Assembly: GCA_002721695.1 (NCBI GenBank)
Contig: PBLI01000084.1
Coordinates: forward strand, 38,912 to 61,755
Source: Roseibacillus sp.
Lineage (GTDB): Bacteria; Verrucomicrobiota; Verrucomicrobiia; Verrucomicrobiales; Akkermansiaceae
Direction: 5' to 3'
Length of the DNA stretch: 22,844 bases
The notes beneath the pieces were generated by a model, which was not told where the DNA came from, ran no database searches, and was given only the letters and a program-made list of their open reading frames with translations. Of the stretch, positions 1 through 10,579 are shown in pieces (positions within the stretch are counted from its first letter, which is position 1; each line of letters begins with the position of its first letter). A program made the position numbers and the translations under genes.

Positions 1-35
1 AGGAAGAACGGGGCGAGCAGGTTGAGCAATCGCAT
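1..35 (-). CDS. 5' end of an unidentified CDS running off the window; N-terminus MRLLNLLAPFF, hydrophobic and signal-peptide-like
   Basis: The minus strand has ATG at 35..33, 52 nt downstream of the leuC stop. Only 11 codons are visible. It does not resemble a LeuD N-terminus. Confidence 0.2.
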   Translation of the reverse strand, partial: MRLLNLLAPFF

Positions 36-87
36 GGAAACTCGCGGTTGTGGGTGAATTCGTGTTTAAGCAGCCCCGCCCCTCGCC

Positions 88-1515
<1,428 letters not shown>

Positions 1516-1660
1516 GTCGGCCCCGCTTCGCCCGGGGGGGCAAGAACGTGCTCCGAAATGGGAAAGTGGGCAAGTCACAAGTGGAGGGCCCCCATTGGGC
1601 CGGGAGGGAGAATAATCAGCTAAGGATCTCCTTGCCGGTATTTTGGCGTGAACCGGGGCG

Positions 1661-2983
1661 ATGGGGGCGTATGCTCGCCTCGGCATGTTTGAGGTGCGCG
1701 ACAGACCGCAAATGGTTGAGCGGGCTCTTCTCGTTCGTATCTGTTTCGACAAGCGAGAAGAGGATGAGTCGCGGAGTCTGCTGGCTGAACTGGGCGAGCT
1801 GGTTACCACGCTGGGGATCGGAGTGGTGGATACGGAGCTGGTGCGCGCGCGTGATATGCAGAAGAAGTTCCTCTGTGGAACCGGCAAGGCGGCCGAGGTC
1901 TCCTCCCGGGCCCGGGAGCTCCAGTGCGACTGCATCGTTTTCGACAACGAGCTTGCTCCAAACCAGCAGCGGGAATGGGAAGAGGCCGCCGACATGACGG
2001 TGATCGATCGCGAGGAAGTGATCCTCGATATTTTCGCCCGGCGGGCGCAGACCAAGGAGGCGCGCCTGCAGGTGGAGCTGGCCCGCATGGAATACGCCCT
2101 GCCACGCATGGCCCGCATGTGGGGGCACCTCGACCGGGAAGGGGGAGGTGGATCTGGTGGATCGGCCGCGGCCCGCGGCATGGGGGAACAGCAGATCGAG
2201 GTCGACCGGCGTCTTGCGCGCCGGCGCATCGACCGGATCAAGGCGGACCTTCAGCTGGTGCGCAAGCAGCGGGCCACCCAGCGCAAGGAGCGACAGAAGG
2301 CGGCGGCTCCACATGCTGCAATCGTAGGTTATACCAACGCCGGGAAGTCGACCCTGCTCAACCGTCTGGCGGGGTCGGAGGTTCTGGAAGCTGACATGCT
2401 CTTTGCCACCCTTGACCCCACTACGCGACGAATCGAATTGCCGGATGGCCAGGACCTGCTTCTGACCGACACGGTGGGATTCGTTCGTAATCTCCCTCAC
2501 CGCCTGGTGGAGGCATTCAAGGCGACTCTGGAAGAGGCCGTCCTCGCCGACTTCCTGGTGCACGTCCTTGATGCGGGTGAGCCGGAGCTCGACCGCCTGT
2601 GCGGAACCACCCTTGAGGTTATGGCGGAGCTGGGTGCGGCGGAGAAACCGGTTCTCACCGTCTTGAACAAGGTGGACCTGGTGGAGAATAAGCAGCAGCG
2701 GAGTGCCTTGCAGGCGAGGTTTCCTGATGCGGTCTGTATCTCCGCGCAGAGCGGTGAGGGGCTTGAGGCCCTGCAGCACACTTTTGTGGATTATCTCTCC
2801 AAGGCGGTGACGCGCCGGCGCTACCGCATTCCCCAGCACCGTGGGGATCTGGTGTCCCTCCTCCATGCGGAGGCGAAAGTCCTCGAGACGGAATACGACG
2901 GGAACGATGTCGTGGTGGAAGCACTGGTCAGCAGCGAACTGGAAGGTCGCCTGCGTGGGATGGGCGAGGTTGAGACAGCCTGA
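1661..2983 (+). CDS. hflX: GTPase HflX
   Basis: HflX N-domain (ERALLVRI..., glycine-rich linker GGGGSGGS), then the G-domain with G1 [10 protein letters not shown]3 DTVGF and G4 NKVD. The start may be ATG 1661, 1685 (MFEV..., which matches the E. coli spacing best) or 1712. Confidence 0.9.
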   Translation: MGAYARLGMFEVRDRPQMVERALLVRICFDKREEDESRSLLAELGELVTTLGIGVVDTELVRARDMQKKFLCGTGKAAEVSSRARELQCDCIVFDNELAPNQQREWEEAADMTVIDREEVILDIFARRAQTKEARLQVELARMEYALPRMARMWGHLDREGGGGSGGSAAARGMGEQQIEVDRRLARRRIDRIKADLQLVRKQRATQRKERQKAAAPHAAIVGYTNAGKSTLLNRLAGSEVLEADMLFATLDPTTRRIELPDGQDLLLTDTVGFVRNLPHRLVEAFKATLEEAVLADFLVHVLDAGEPELDRLCGTTLEVMAELGAAEKPVLTVLNKVDLVENKQQRSALQARFPDAVCISAQSGEGLEALQHTFVDYLSKAVTRRRYRIPQHRGDLVSLLHAEAKVLETEYDGNDVVVEALVSSELEGRLRGMGEVETA

Positions 2984-3174
2984 GGGCGGGGATCTTGTTC
3001 CGCAAACTACGGAAGAATCCTCCCGTTGCGTACACCGCCGGGTAGTGGCATGAATTTTATTTGATCAAATTGCTGCTCTGGCGGTCTCATGAAGGACGGC
3101 GGCTTGGCAAAAAACAGGATTACGACTAAACTGGCGTCCGGGAGTCCCGGTTCGAATCGGCATCTCCGCTGCAT

Positions 3175-4461
3175 ATGATGACCCAGGTTGACCCTTTCCG
3201 GGGAGTGGTTCACGCCTTTCCCCTTCTCTTGATGTTGCTTGCCGCGCCGGCGGGAGCCCAGAATGTGCTTCCCGCCGAACCAGTCGAGGTTCTTCCCGCG
3301 GAGCCTGTTCCCGGGGAACGGGAGGAACCCGCTCCCACTGGTGAGCTCGAACGTGCGCTGGTTCCGAAGCCTGAAGCGGAGCAGGCCCCCGATGCCCCGG
3401 TCGTGATTGAAGCTGAAATTTCCGATGAAAAGGATCTTGCGAGCGCGAGGGCCCGCGACGCGAAGGCGGATGCAGCGGTGGAGACCGTCCGGGACCGTGC
3501 CACCAAGCCGAGGGACACGGAGATGTCGGTGCGTCTCCAGATCTATCTCGATCAGAAGGGCTTTGGTCCCGGGTTCATCGACGGGAAACCCGGGAAATTT
3601 ACCACCAAGGCGGTACACGCATACAACCGGAGCGTGGGACGGGTCGCCGATGACTGGACCGCTCTGCTCACGGAGGTGAATGATAGCCTGCGGGAGACCT
3701 ATGCCACGGCCGTCGTCCCCGAGGCGGCAGCCGCCTGGGTGAATCCCCGGCTCCCCTTCGAGTATTCCCGGCAGGCAAAGGAAAAGCGCATTGCCTACCG
3801 CAGCTACCTCGAGTTCATGGCAGAGCGCTACCATACCTCGGAAACATTCCTCACTGAGCTCAACGGCGCAAAGAAGGCATATGCGCTCAAGCCTCGGAGT
3901 GCCCTCAGGGTTCCTAATGTCGACCCCTTCCTGATCGAAAAGCTGAAGGAGGGGCGCACCCACCAGCAGGACGAAACTTTGAGTGCACGCACGGTGGTGA
4001 TCGACACCGTGGGCCGCAACCTTTTCATCTACGAGAGGGGAAAAGCTCCGGGGGCACCCGGCGCCGCGGTAGTGGTTTCGGAAAAGCACGAGGGTTTCGA
4101 ACCGCAGAAACTGATCGCCATGTTTCCGATTACTCCCGGCAAGGTGCAGTATATCCACCGTGGTGAATGGGCGGTGGCCAATTGCTTCGAGCTTCCGGGC
4201 TGGGGTTACGACAAGCAATTCCTTGAGACCGGGAAGCGCAGTGAGGACCGCAGCAAGGTCCTGCAGATTCCCCCGGGGCCCAACCTTCCGGTGGGCATTC
4301 TCTGGTCCGGTCTTACCAAGTCGGGTATCGGGATCCATGGAAGCTCCAGCCCGCGGACGATAGGCCGGTCTCTCAGTGCCGGCTGCATCCGGCTCTCCAA
4401 CTGGGACGCTGCCCGCTTTCCCACCCTGGTCCGGCCCGGGGCCAAGGTGGTGATTCGTTGA
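3175..4461 (+). CDS. L,D-transpeptidase (YkuD/ErfK family) with N-terminal signal peptide and PG_binding_1-like domain
   Basis: Signal peptide FPLLLMLLAAPAGAQN. Peptidoglycan-binding-like segment LQIYLDQKGFGPGFIDGKPGKFTTKAVHAYN. C-terminal catalytic motif IHGSSSPRTIGRSLSAGCIRLSNWD (His/Cys of YkuD). The overlapping minus ORF 3007..4602 is a shadow ORF. Confidence 0.85.
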   Translation: MMTQVDPFRGVVHAFPLLLMLLAAPAGAQNVLPAEPVEVLPAEPVPGEREEPAPTGELERALVPKPEAEQAPDAPVVIEAEISDEKDLASARARDAKADAAVETVRDRATKPRDTEMSVRLQIYLDQKGFGPGFIDGKPGKFTTKAVHAYNRSVGRVADDWTALLTEVNDSLRETYATAVVPEAAAAWVNPRLPFEYSRQAKEKRIAYRSYLEFMAERYHTSETFLTELNGAKKAYALKPRSALRVPNVDPFLIEKLKEGRTHQQDETLSARTVVIDTVGRNLFIYERGKAPGAPGAAVVVSEKHEGFEPQKLIAMFPITPGKVQYIHRGEWAVANCFELPGWGYDKQFLETGKRSEDRSKVLQIPPGPNLPVGILWSGLTKSGIGIHGSSSPRTIGRSLSAGCIRLSNWDAARFPTLVRPGAKVVIR

Positions 4462-4558
4462 GAGTGGGGAGTCTGAGAGATTCCGGTGGTCCCGGAGCCC
4501 TGTCACACTGGAGAATTGACGCTCGGCAACCCGGATCCCATCGGAGAGAATCGGGTCC

Positions 4559-5656
4559 ATGCCTGATCTCCCCACCGACGCCACACGCCCCATGGTGGAC
4601 AAAGGTGCGGTTGTGCGGGTGGTGGTTTATTCGATCGTCATTCTCTACCTTGTGGTTGACCTCTTCTTGGTGGGAGGACCACTGCGCAAGTCGTTTGCGC
4701 GCAAATCGCCCTCCAGCCCTGACGTCATTGAGGCGGCCAAGGATGCCGGGGTGGTTGCGCGCATTCATTACCAGCCTATCCTTCTCACTCAGGTGGATCG
4801 CCGGGTGGAGGAGAATCTGTGGCGGGCGGGTCGCAGCGGGGAGGGACTTCCCAGGGAGGAACGAATCCTCCTGCGCAGGGCTGCCCTGAACGAGTTGATC
4901 GACCTGCACCTGCTGCGCCTCAAGGTTCGCTTCAGTCAGTCCGAGGTACCTGTCGGGGACGAGGAAATCGAAGATGAGCTTGCCCGCTTCACGAGGCGGT
5001 TCGCCACCGAGAGTGCTTACCTGGCTTCCCTGCAGGAGCTGGGCTGGAGCGAGAAGGAACTGCGTTTCCGGATCGCGGCGCGCATCCAGCAGGAAAACTA
5101 CCTTGCGAAGATGATCGCAGTCGAGGTCAGCGAGGAGGAAGCCCGGGAGTGGTTCGAAGCCAACAGTGAGAGGCTCGCTTACCCGGAGAGGGTTCGCGCA
5201 CGCCACATCTTCCGATCCACGGTGGGCCTGGACAAGGACGCTGCCCGGGCGGAGGGGGCACGTCTGCGTGAAGTTGTTGGCGAGCTGGCAGGGGGGGCGG
5301 ATTTCGGGGAGCTGGCTCGCGCCCAGAGTGAGGATTCCCGGAGCAAGGGGGAGGGTGGCGATTTGGGCTGGTTGCAGCGGGAACGCGTTCCCGAGGACTT
5401 GCGTGAGGGGCTCTTTGCGGCACGCCCAAAAGAGCCCTTTCTCCTGCAAAGCAGGATCGGTTGGCACGTGATCGAGGTGCTTGAGAAGAAGCCGGGGCGC
5501 GAGCGCAGTTTCGAGGAGGCACGGACCGAAGTCCTGGCGGCCCTCGAAACGGTGAAGCGGAGGGATGGCCTGCGGGACTATCGCAAGCAGCTGCGGGAGC
5601 GGGATCGGAAATACATCGAGATCTTTTTTGACGTGCTGGAGCGGGGCTTGGAATAG
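4559..5656 (+). CDS. Membrane-anchored parvulin-type peptidyl-prolyl cis-trans isomerase (SurA/PpiD/PrsA-like)
   Basis: N-terminal TM helix VVRVVVYSIVILYLVVDLFLV, then a parvulin rotamase core RARHIFRS...GADFGELARAQSEDSRSKGEGGDLGWL...GWHVIEV. The overlapping minus ORF 4373..5776 is a shadow ORF. Confidence 0.75.
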   Translation: MPDLPTDATRPMVDKGAVVRVVVYSIVILYLVVDLFLVGGPLRKSFARKSPSSPDVIEAAKDAGVVARIHYQPILLTQVDRRVEENLWRAGRSGEGLPREERILLRRAALNELIDLHLLRLKVRFSQSEVPVGDEEIEDELARFTRRFATESAYLASLQELGWSEKELRFRIAARIQQENYLAKMIAVEVSEEEAREWFEANSERLAYPERVRARHIFRSTVGLDKDAARAEGARLREVVGELAGGADFGELARAQSEDSRSKGEGGDLGWLQRERVPEDLREGLFAARPKEPFLLQSRIGWHVIEVLEKKPGRERSFEEARTEVLAALETVKRRDGLRDYRKQLRERDRKYIEIFFDVLERGLE

Positions 5657-5771
5657 GAGGGGGCTGGGGCTGTGAAGCCTGCCCGTTCGCCGGAATCGTT
5701 TCGTCGCGTCATCCCGAGGGGCCTCTTGCCCCTGCGATGAGAGTCCTGTTTCCCGGGCGGCCAGGATGACG

Positions 5772-5808
5772 CACATAGTTGAAAAAAAGGCCGGCGCCTG
5801 CGCGCCGG
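5772..5808 (-). terminator. Rho-independent terminator of the pseudopilin-like gene (bidirectional hairpin)
   Basis: Perfect 9-bp GC stem ggccggcgc / gcgccggcc (5779-5787 / 5792-5800) with loop ctgc. The A7 run at 5772-5778 gives a U7 tail on the minus strand, 42 nt past the stop at 5843. On the plus strand the hairpin is followed by ttcctttc and lies about 120 nt after the PPIase stop. Confidence 0.6.
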
Positions 5809-5842
5809 CCTTCCTTTCAAAGGCTACGAGAAGCAGCAGGCC

Positions 5843-6547
5843 TTACTTGTCGCGGGGCTCGGGTTGCTTCAGGATATCCTGGGTGCTTTCACCGTCCCAG
5901 GCGTCTGCCGAGGAGGAAAGAATGTCCTTGTTGGAACCGTCGAGCACCTTGTTGTCCGTGACGCGCATGCGCATGGGCTTGGCGGCCCCATCGATACGAA
6001 CCACGATCACCTTGTTGTCCCAGGTATCGGGATCGAACTCGGCCTCGTTCTTGGGATATCCGTCCAGGATTAGAGGACGGCTGCCCGTGCTCAGGTTGGT
6101 CTGGTCGTTGATGTAGGCCCAGTGGACGTCACCTTGTTCCAGAATCAGCTCAGCCTGCATTTTGCCGCTCTCCTTGATTTTGTCGTCGGGGGCACCCTTG
6201 GAGGCCACCGCGGAGTTTTTGACCCAGAAGATACTTTCCGACTCGGTTGCTCCGGAGAGAAACAACTGCCGGAAGTAGTCGTTGGAGTAAGTGGTTCCGG
6301 TTCCGCCTGACACGACACCTTCGCCGGTATCGTCATTGGGGAACTGGCCGTCGAAGTCCGTGGCGAAGGTATCCAACGCCAGCTTGACCTGCCGTGCATT
6401 ACTTACGGCTTCTGCGAGGGCAGCGCGCTTCAGAGCCTTGAAGATCTGAGGCGTCGCCAACGCGGCGAGTGCGACAATGATCGCAATCACCACAAGAAGC
6501 TCCACGAGGGTGAAGCCCTTGCGCCTGCTGCTTTTTGCAATGTTCAT
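5843..6547 (-). CDS. Prepilin-type N-terminal cleavage/methylation domain protein (type IV pilin / T2SS pseudopilin-like)
   Basis: The internal ATG at 6547..6545 gives MNIAKSSRRKG|FTLVELLVVIAIIVALAALA, a class-III signal with G-1, F+1, E+5 and a hydrophobic helix. The 32 codons upstream in the ORF track belong to the 5' leader. No H-X9-DG motif was found in the C-terminal part. Confidence 0.85.
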   Translation of the reverse strand: MNIAKSSRRKGFTLVELLVVIAIIVALAALATPQIFKALKRAALAEAVSNARQVKLALDTFATDFDGQFPNDDTGEGVVSGGTGTTYSNDYFRQLFLSGATESESIFWVKNSAVASKGAPDDKIKESGKMQAELILEQGDVHWAYINDQTNLSTGSRPLILDGYPKNEAEFDPDTWDNKVIVVRIDGAAKPMRMRVTDNKVLDGSNKDILSSSADAWDGESTQDILKQPEPRDK

Positions 6548-6625
6548 TTTTGAGTTCGGGTCTACTTGTTTGTGTTTGTTTATATATGCCACGCCCCAGA
6601 GGCGCGGATTTATACGAGGGGGGTG
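6548..6625 (-). promoter_or_regulatory. Putative promoter and A/C-rich, SD-less 5' leader of the pseudopilin-like gene
   Basis: On the minus strand: ...ctcgTATAAATccgcg...ggcaTATATAaacaaacacaaacaagtagacccgaactcaaaaATG. There are two -10-like elements and a CA-repeat unstructured leader. This is the only clearly AT-rich stretch in the window. Confidence 0.3.
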
Positions 6626-6687
6626 TATGACACGTCCCTTCATTGAACGCTACCTTCAAGCGCCCCTCGGCAACAAGGGCAAAAAGG

Positions 6688-7470
6688 TCAGGAAGTCTTA
6701 AGTGAGCTACCCAAAGAGGGTAAGGTTTCCTCACTTGGTTTGTCCGCTGCGAGAATGGCTTCCCGCTGCTTTCCGACGAGCGTTTCAATCCCCTCCCGGG
6801 AGAGGCCCAGCATGGCCTCCATCTCGGCGGAGCTGAACACATTCTCCTCGCCGCTGCCCTGCACCTCGACGAAATTTCCATCCTCGGTCATGACCACGTT
6901 GAAGTCTACTGCAGCATCGCGATCCTCCGGGTAATTGAGATCGAGGATGGGGGTGTCCTCCCACACCCCGGCGCTCACCGCGGCGACCAGCTGGGTGAGG
7001 GGGAGCTCGGAGAGCCCCCCGGTTCCTAACAACCCGTTGAGTGCGATGGCGAGGGCCACGCAGCCACCCGTGATGGATGCAGTCCGGGTACCCCCGTCCG
7101 CCTGCAGGACGTCGCAGTCAACCCACACCGTGCGGGAGCCAAGTTTCCTGAGGTCAGTCACCGCCCGCAGGGCACGTCCGACCAGGCGCTGGATTTCGGA
7201 GGAGCGGCCGTCGAGCCGCCCGCGGGAAATGTCGCGGGCCTTCCGGCCGTGGGTGGAGTAGGGGAGCATGCTGTACTCGGCAGTCACCCAGCCCCCGGGG
7301 ACGCCCTGGGCCTTCATCCAGCGGGGAACATCCTCCTGCACGGTGGCGGCACAGATGACCCGGGTGTTTCCGAAGCTGACGAGGACGGACCCGGCGGCGT
7401 TTGGCGCCACATTTGGAACAAAGGATATGGGGCGGAGCTGGTTGTTTTCGCGGCCGTCGGAGCGTGGCAT
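6688..7470 (-). CDS. rph: Ribonuclease PH
   Basis: [17 protein letters not shown]...AEYSMLPYSTHGR...DCDVLQADGGTRTASITGG matches the RNase PH fold motifs. At 260 aa it has a C-terminal tail about 20 aa longer than E. coli Rph. Confidence 0.9.
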   Translation of the reverse strand: MPRSDGRENNQLRPISFVPNVAPNAAGSVLVSFGNTRVICAATVQEDVPRWMKAQGVPGGWVTAEYSMLPYSTHGRKARDISRGRLDGRSSEIQRLVGRALRAVTDLRKLGSRTVWVDCDVLQADGGTRTASITGGCVALAIALNGLLGTGGLSELPLTQLVAAVSAGVWEDTPILDLNYPEDRDAAVDFNVVMTEDGNFVEVQGSGEENVFSSAEMEAMLGLSREGIETLVGKQREAILAADKPSEETLPSLGSSLKTS

Positions 7471-7497
7471 GGGGCGATCGTAGGGAGAGATTCAGGG

Positions 7498-7566
7498 ATG
7501 TGGAATTCGCGAGTTCGGGAATTTCATGGAGCGCTGGTCCGCCCCCGCAATTATCCAATTCCACAT
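7498..7566. promoter_or_regulatory. Candidate operator in the rph/lpxK divergent spacer: 10-bp perfect inverted repeat atgtggaatt (7498-7507) / aattccacat (7557-7566) with additional GGAATT/GAATTTC half-sites
   Basis: Seen directly in the sequence. ggaatt occurs at 7502-7507 and 7517-7522, and aattcc at 7557-7562. attcgc is repeated at 7505-7510 and 7565-7570. Confidence 0.3.
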
Positions 7567-7593
7567 TCGCCAATCTCGGCGTAAAATTCCTTC

Positions 7594-8817
7594 GTGGGTC
7601 AGGTGGCGGACGACGTCGAAAAGTGGGCGGCCGATGTGATCTTCGGCCGGGCCCGGGGTTTTGGCGCGTCGGTGACGCGCATTGTCTTCCGGGTGCTTTC
7701 CCATATCTACGGGCTGGTGGTGCGCCTGCGCCTGAAGGCCTACCGCCAGCACTGGAAGGAGCAGGTTCAGCTCGGTACCAGGATCATCAGTGTGGGCAAT
7801 CTCACGGTGGGCGGAACAGGGAAGACCCCGGTGGTGGAACTTCTGGCCCGTGCCCTGCACAAGCGGGGACGCCGGGTGGCAATCCTGAGCCGCGGCTACA
7901 AGAGCCGGAAACTCGACGAGCCCCAGCAATGGAAAGACCTCGACGCGGCCGATTGCGAAGCGTTGCCCAAGATCGTTAGCGATGGTAGCGAGGTGCGTCT
8001 GGCCGCGGCCTACGCCGGGGACGAGCCCTACATGCTTGCCAAGAACCTCGAGGGGGTGCGGGTGGTGGTGGACAAGGACCGCGTGAATGGCGGGCGCTTT
8101 GCGGTTGGGGAACTGGGGGCCGATACCCTGGTGCTCGACGATGGGCTGCAGTATCTGTCGCTCGATCATGAATACGATCTTGTCCTGGTGGACCAGAACG
8201 CGCCCTTCGGAACGGAGGCCCGTGCACTTCTGCCGCGGGGCACTCTCCGGGAGCCTGCCCGCAACCTGTGCCGGGCCAGCCACATCATGATCACCAAGTG
8301 CCGCAAGCCTTCCGACAGCGAGCTGCTGGAACTCCTGCGCAAATACAATCCGACCGCGGAGATCATGCAGGCTACCCATGCGCCGAAGTACCTCGAGCGC
8401 GTCTTCGGGAGCGGACGGCTGCCGCTCGAGAAACTTCGCGGGAAGTATGTGGCCGCCATCAGCGCAATCGCGGTCCCCGAGAGCTTTGAGAATCTTCTCA
8501 AGGATCTCGGGGCGCAGGTCGAGTTTCACCGCACCTTCGTGGACCACCACCCGTTTACCCGTCGGGAAGTGGACCGCTTCATGACCCGCTGCATCGAACG
8601 TGACATTGAATTGATCGTGACCACTGAAAAGGATGCGGTGCGCTTCCCTCAGCCCGGCGAACTGGGTGTGGATGTCTACTTTCTCCGCATTGAAGTAGAG
8701 CTGATCGAGGGACAGGATGCCTGGGACCGTTTCATCGACCAGATCGTTCAGCCCCGCGAGAGTCAGCCTTCCGACCTGGCGGAAGAGAGACTTTTACTCA
8801 ACCCCATAGGTTCTTGA
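7594..8817 (+). CDS. lpxK: Tetraacyldisaccharide 4'-kinase (lipid A biosynthesis)
   Basis: GTG start. P-loop [15 protein letters not shown], then ...ILSRGY... and DDGLQ, the LpxK signatures. The minus ORF 7492..8550 is an antisense shadow. Confidence 0.88.
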   Translation: MGQVADDVEKWAADVIFGRARGFGASVTRIVFRVLSHIYGLVVRLRLKAYRQHWKEQVQLGTRIISVGNLTVGGTGKTPVVELLARALHKRGRRVAILSRGYKSRKLDEPQQWKDLDAADCEALPKIVSDGSEVRLAAAYAGDEPYMLAKNLEGVRVVVDKDRVNGGRFAVGELGADTLVLDDGLQYLSLDHEYDLVLVDQNAPFGTEARALLPRGTLREPARNLCRASHIMITKCRKPSDSELLELLRKYNPTAEIMQATHAPKYLERVFGSGRLPLEKLRGKYVAAISAIAVPESFENLLKDLGAQVEFHRTFVDHHPFTRREVDRFMTRCIERDIELIVTTEKDAVRFPQPGELGVDVYFLRIEVELIEGQDAWDRFIDQIVQPRESQPSDLAEERLLLNPIGS

Positions 8818-8871
8818 GCCCTGCGCGGCCCGGCCCTAGGCTTCCTGCACGGCGAGGGCCACGGTGAGAAG

Positions 8872-10563
8872 ATGCAGGCGACGGAATGGATTGTACGCGG
8901 TATTCCCGAGGGCGTGAGGTCCGGGCCGGGGGATGGCCTGCCGTTCATCCTCCGGGTCCTTCTTGCCCAGCGGGGCATCACCGCGGAGGATGAGCTGGAT
9001 TCGTTCCTGCGTCCCCGGCTTCAGGACCTGTGCGACCCCTTCGAGATTCCCGAGATGGAGGCGGCGGTCCAACGCCTCCTTCGGGCCGTGGATGAGGGGG
9101 AGCCTGTGTGCATTTTTGGTGATTACGATGTGGATGGAATCACCTCGGTGACGATCCTGCGAGCGGTCCTGAGCTCCTACGGGCTTGATCCGCAGACCTT
9201 CATCCCGGTCAGGGGAGAAGAAGGCTACGGGTTGAGTGATGCCGCTGTTGAGCGTTGTCTGGCGGGCGGGGTAAAGCCTTCCCTCCTGATCACGGTTGAT
9301 TGTGGGACGGCCTCCGGGCCCCAGATCGAGCGCCTGAGCGGGCGGGGCATTGATGTAATCGTGGTCGACCACCACGAACCCGGAGAGGCGGGGCGCCCGC
9401 CTGCGGTCGCCGTGGTCAATCCCAAACTTGGAGAGGACTACGGCTACCTGTGTTCTGCGGGGGTGGTCTTCAAACTCGCGCACGCGCTCCTCAAGACCCG
9501 GCGCCTTGAGGAAGTCGATCTCCGTGATTTTCTGGACCTGGTGGCGGTGGCCACCATCGCTGATATTGTGCCTCTGGTGGGAGAAAACCGCCTGCTTGTC
9601 CGGCACGGCCTGCGGCGCCTGCCGGGAACTTCAAATCTCGGGCTGCGCGCCCTCATGGAGGTGAGCGGAATGAACGGTCGGGCCACAAGTGCGGACGTCG
9701 GCTTCCGGATAGGTCCCCGGATCAATGCCGCGGGCCGGATGGACTCCCCGGAGGATGCGCTGGCAATCCTCATGACCGATTCCGAGAAGACGGCGGGCAG
9801 CCTTGCGGCGCAGTTGGACGACTACAACCGACAGCGGCAGAAGCACGAGCAGGAGATGTACGAGGAAGCCCTGGCACAGCTGGAGGAGGAATTCGATGAA
9901 GACAAGGACGCAGTCATCGTAGTGGGCTCACGTGGGTGGCACCCCGGGGTGGTCGGAATCGCCGCGTCCAGGCTCATGCGCTACTACCACAAGCCGGCTT
10001 TCGTTGTTTCCTTTGACGAAGGGGGCCTCGGGAAGGGGAGTGGGCGGAGTATTGAAGGGGTCTCGCTTGTCGAGGCCATCGACGCCTGCCGGCCGGTGCT
10101 CGTGGCTGGGGGGGGACACCACATGGCCGCGGGCATCAGTCTTCATGAAGACAGGCTTGGGGAATTCCGGAAGGCCTTCTCGGAGTTTGTGCTCACCCGG
10201 ACTTCGGCGGAGGAGCGCAGGCCGCGCATCCATGTCGATGCGGAAGTGTCGTTTGGGGAACTCTCGCTCGATTTTCTGCGCAGTTACGAACTGCTTCAGC
10301 CTTTCGGGTCCGGGAATCCGCAGCCCGTCTTCATGTCGCGGGAGGTCTGGCTGACTGAATCTCCACGGCGCCTGAAGAACCGGCATCTGAGGCTGTCTCT
10401 GCGGCAGGGAGTTCAGGAACGGGATGCGATGTACTTCGGGGCCGCCGACCGGGAGTTGCCCGACCCCCCCTGGGACGTGGCTTTCACCATCGACCGGAAT
10501 TTCTTCCGTGGGCGCACCTCCCTGCAGGTGAGCGTGCGTGACATCCGCTCGGCGGAGCGGTGA
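8872..10563 (+). CDS. recJ: Single-stranded-DNA-specific exonuclease RecJ
   Basis: DHH motifs (IFGDYDVDGITS, VDCGT, VVDHH) and DHHA1 (GGGHHMAAG), followed by a C-terminal OB-like region. Confidence 0.92.
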   Translation: MQATEWIVRGIPEGVRSGPGDGLPFILRVLLAQRGITAEDELDSFLRPRLQDLCDPFEIPEMEAAVQRLLRAVDEGEPVCIFGDYDVDGITSVTILRAVLSSYGLDPQTFIPVRGEEGYGLSDAAVERCLAGGVKPSLLITVDCGTASGPQIERLSGRGIDVIVVDHHEPGEAGRPPAVAVVNPKLGEDYGYLCSAGVVFKLAHALLKTRRLEEVDLRDFLDLVAVATIADIVPLVGENRLLVRHGLRRLPGTSNLGLRALMEVSGMNGRATSADVGFRIGPRINAAGRMDSPEDALAILMTDSEKTAGSLAAQLDDYNRQRQKHEQEMYEEALAQLEEEFDEDKDAVIVVGSRGWHPGVVGIAASRLMRYYHKPAFVVSFDEGGLGKGSGRSIEGVSLVEAIDACRPVLVAGGGHHMAAGISLHEDRLGEFRKAFSEFVLTRTSAEERRPRIHVDAEVSFGELSLDFLRSYELLQPFGSGNPQPVFMSREVWLTESPRRLKNRHLRLSLRQGVQERDAMYFGAADRELPDPPWDVAFTIDRNFFRGRTSLQVSVRDIRSAER

Positions 10564-10579
10564 GTAGCAGGCAGGACTC

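Noticed and set aside
1-87. Possible absence of leuD next to leuC
   Set aside because: The ORF downstream of leuC begins MRLLNLLAPFF, which is unlike LeuD, but only 11 codons are visible. No conclusion is possible from this window.
1616-2866. 416-aa minus ORF antisense to hflX
   Set aside because: It lies opposite the conserved HflX G-domain. The translation is low-complexity (L/R/G/H-rich).
3268-3315. Imperfect 2 x 24-nt tandem repeat inside the L,D-transpeptidase N-terminus
   Set aside because: It simply encodes the LPAEPVEV/LPAEPVPG duplication in a Pro/Glu/Ala-rich linker after the signal peptide. This is a common low-complexity linker, not a regulatory or mobile repeat.
3007-4602. 531-aa minus ORF covering the hflX/ldt spacer and the whole L,D-transpeptidase gene
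   Set aside because: The plus-strand product has a signal peptide, a PG-binding domain and the YkuD catalytic motif. The minus translation is R/G/P-rich with no recognisable features.
4373-5776. 467-aa minus ORF antisense to the parvulin PPIase
   Set aside because: Shadow ORF. The plus frame carries the rotamase signature.
7492-8550. 352-aa minus ORF antisense to lpxK
   Set aside because: Shadow ORF. The LpxK P-loop is on the plus strand.
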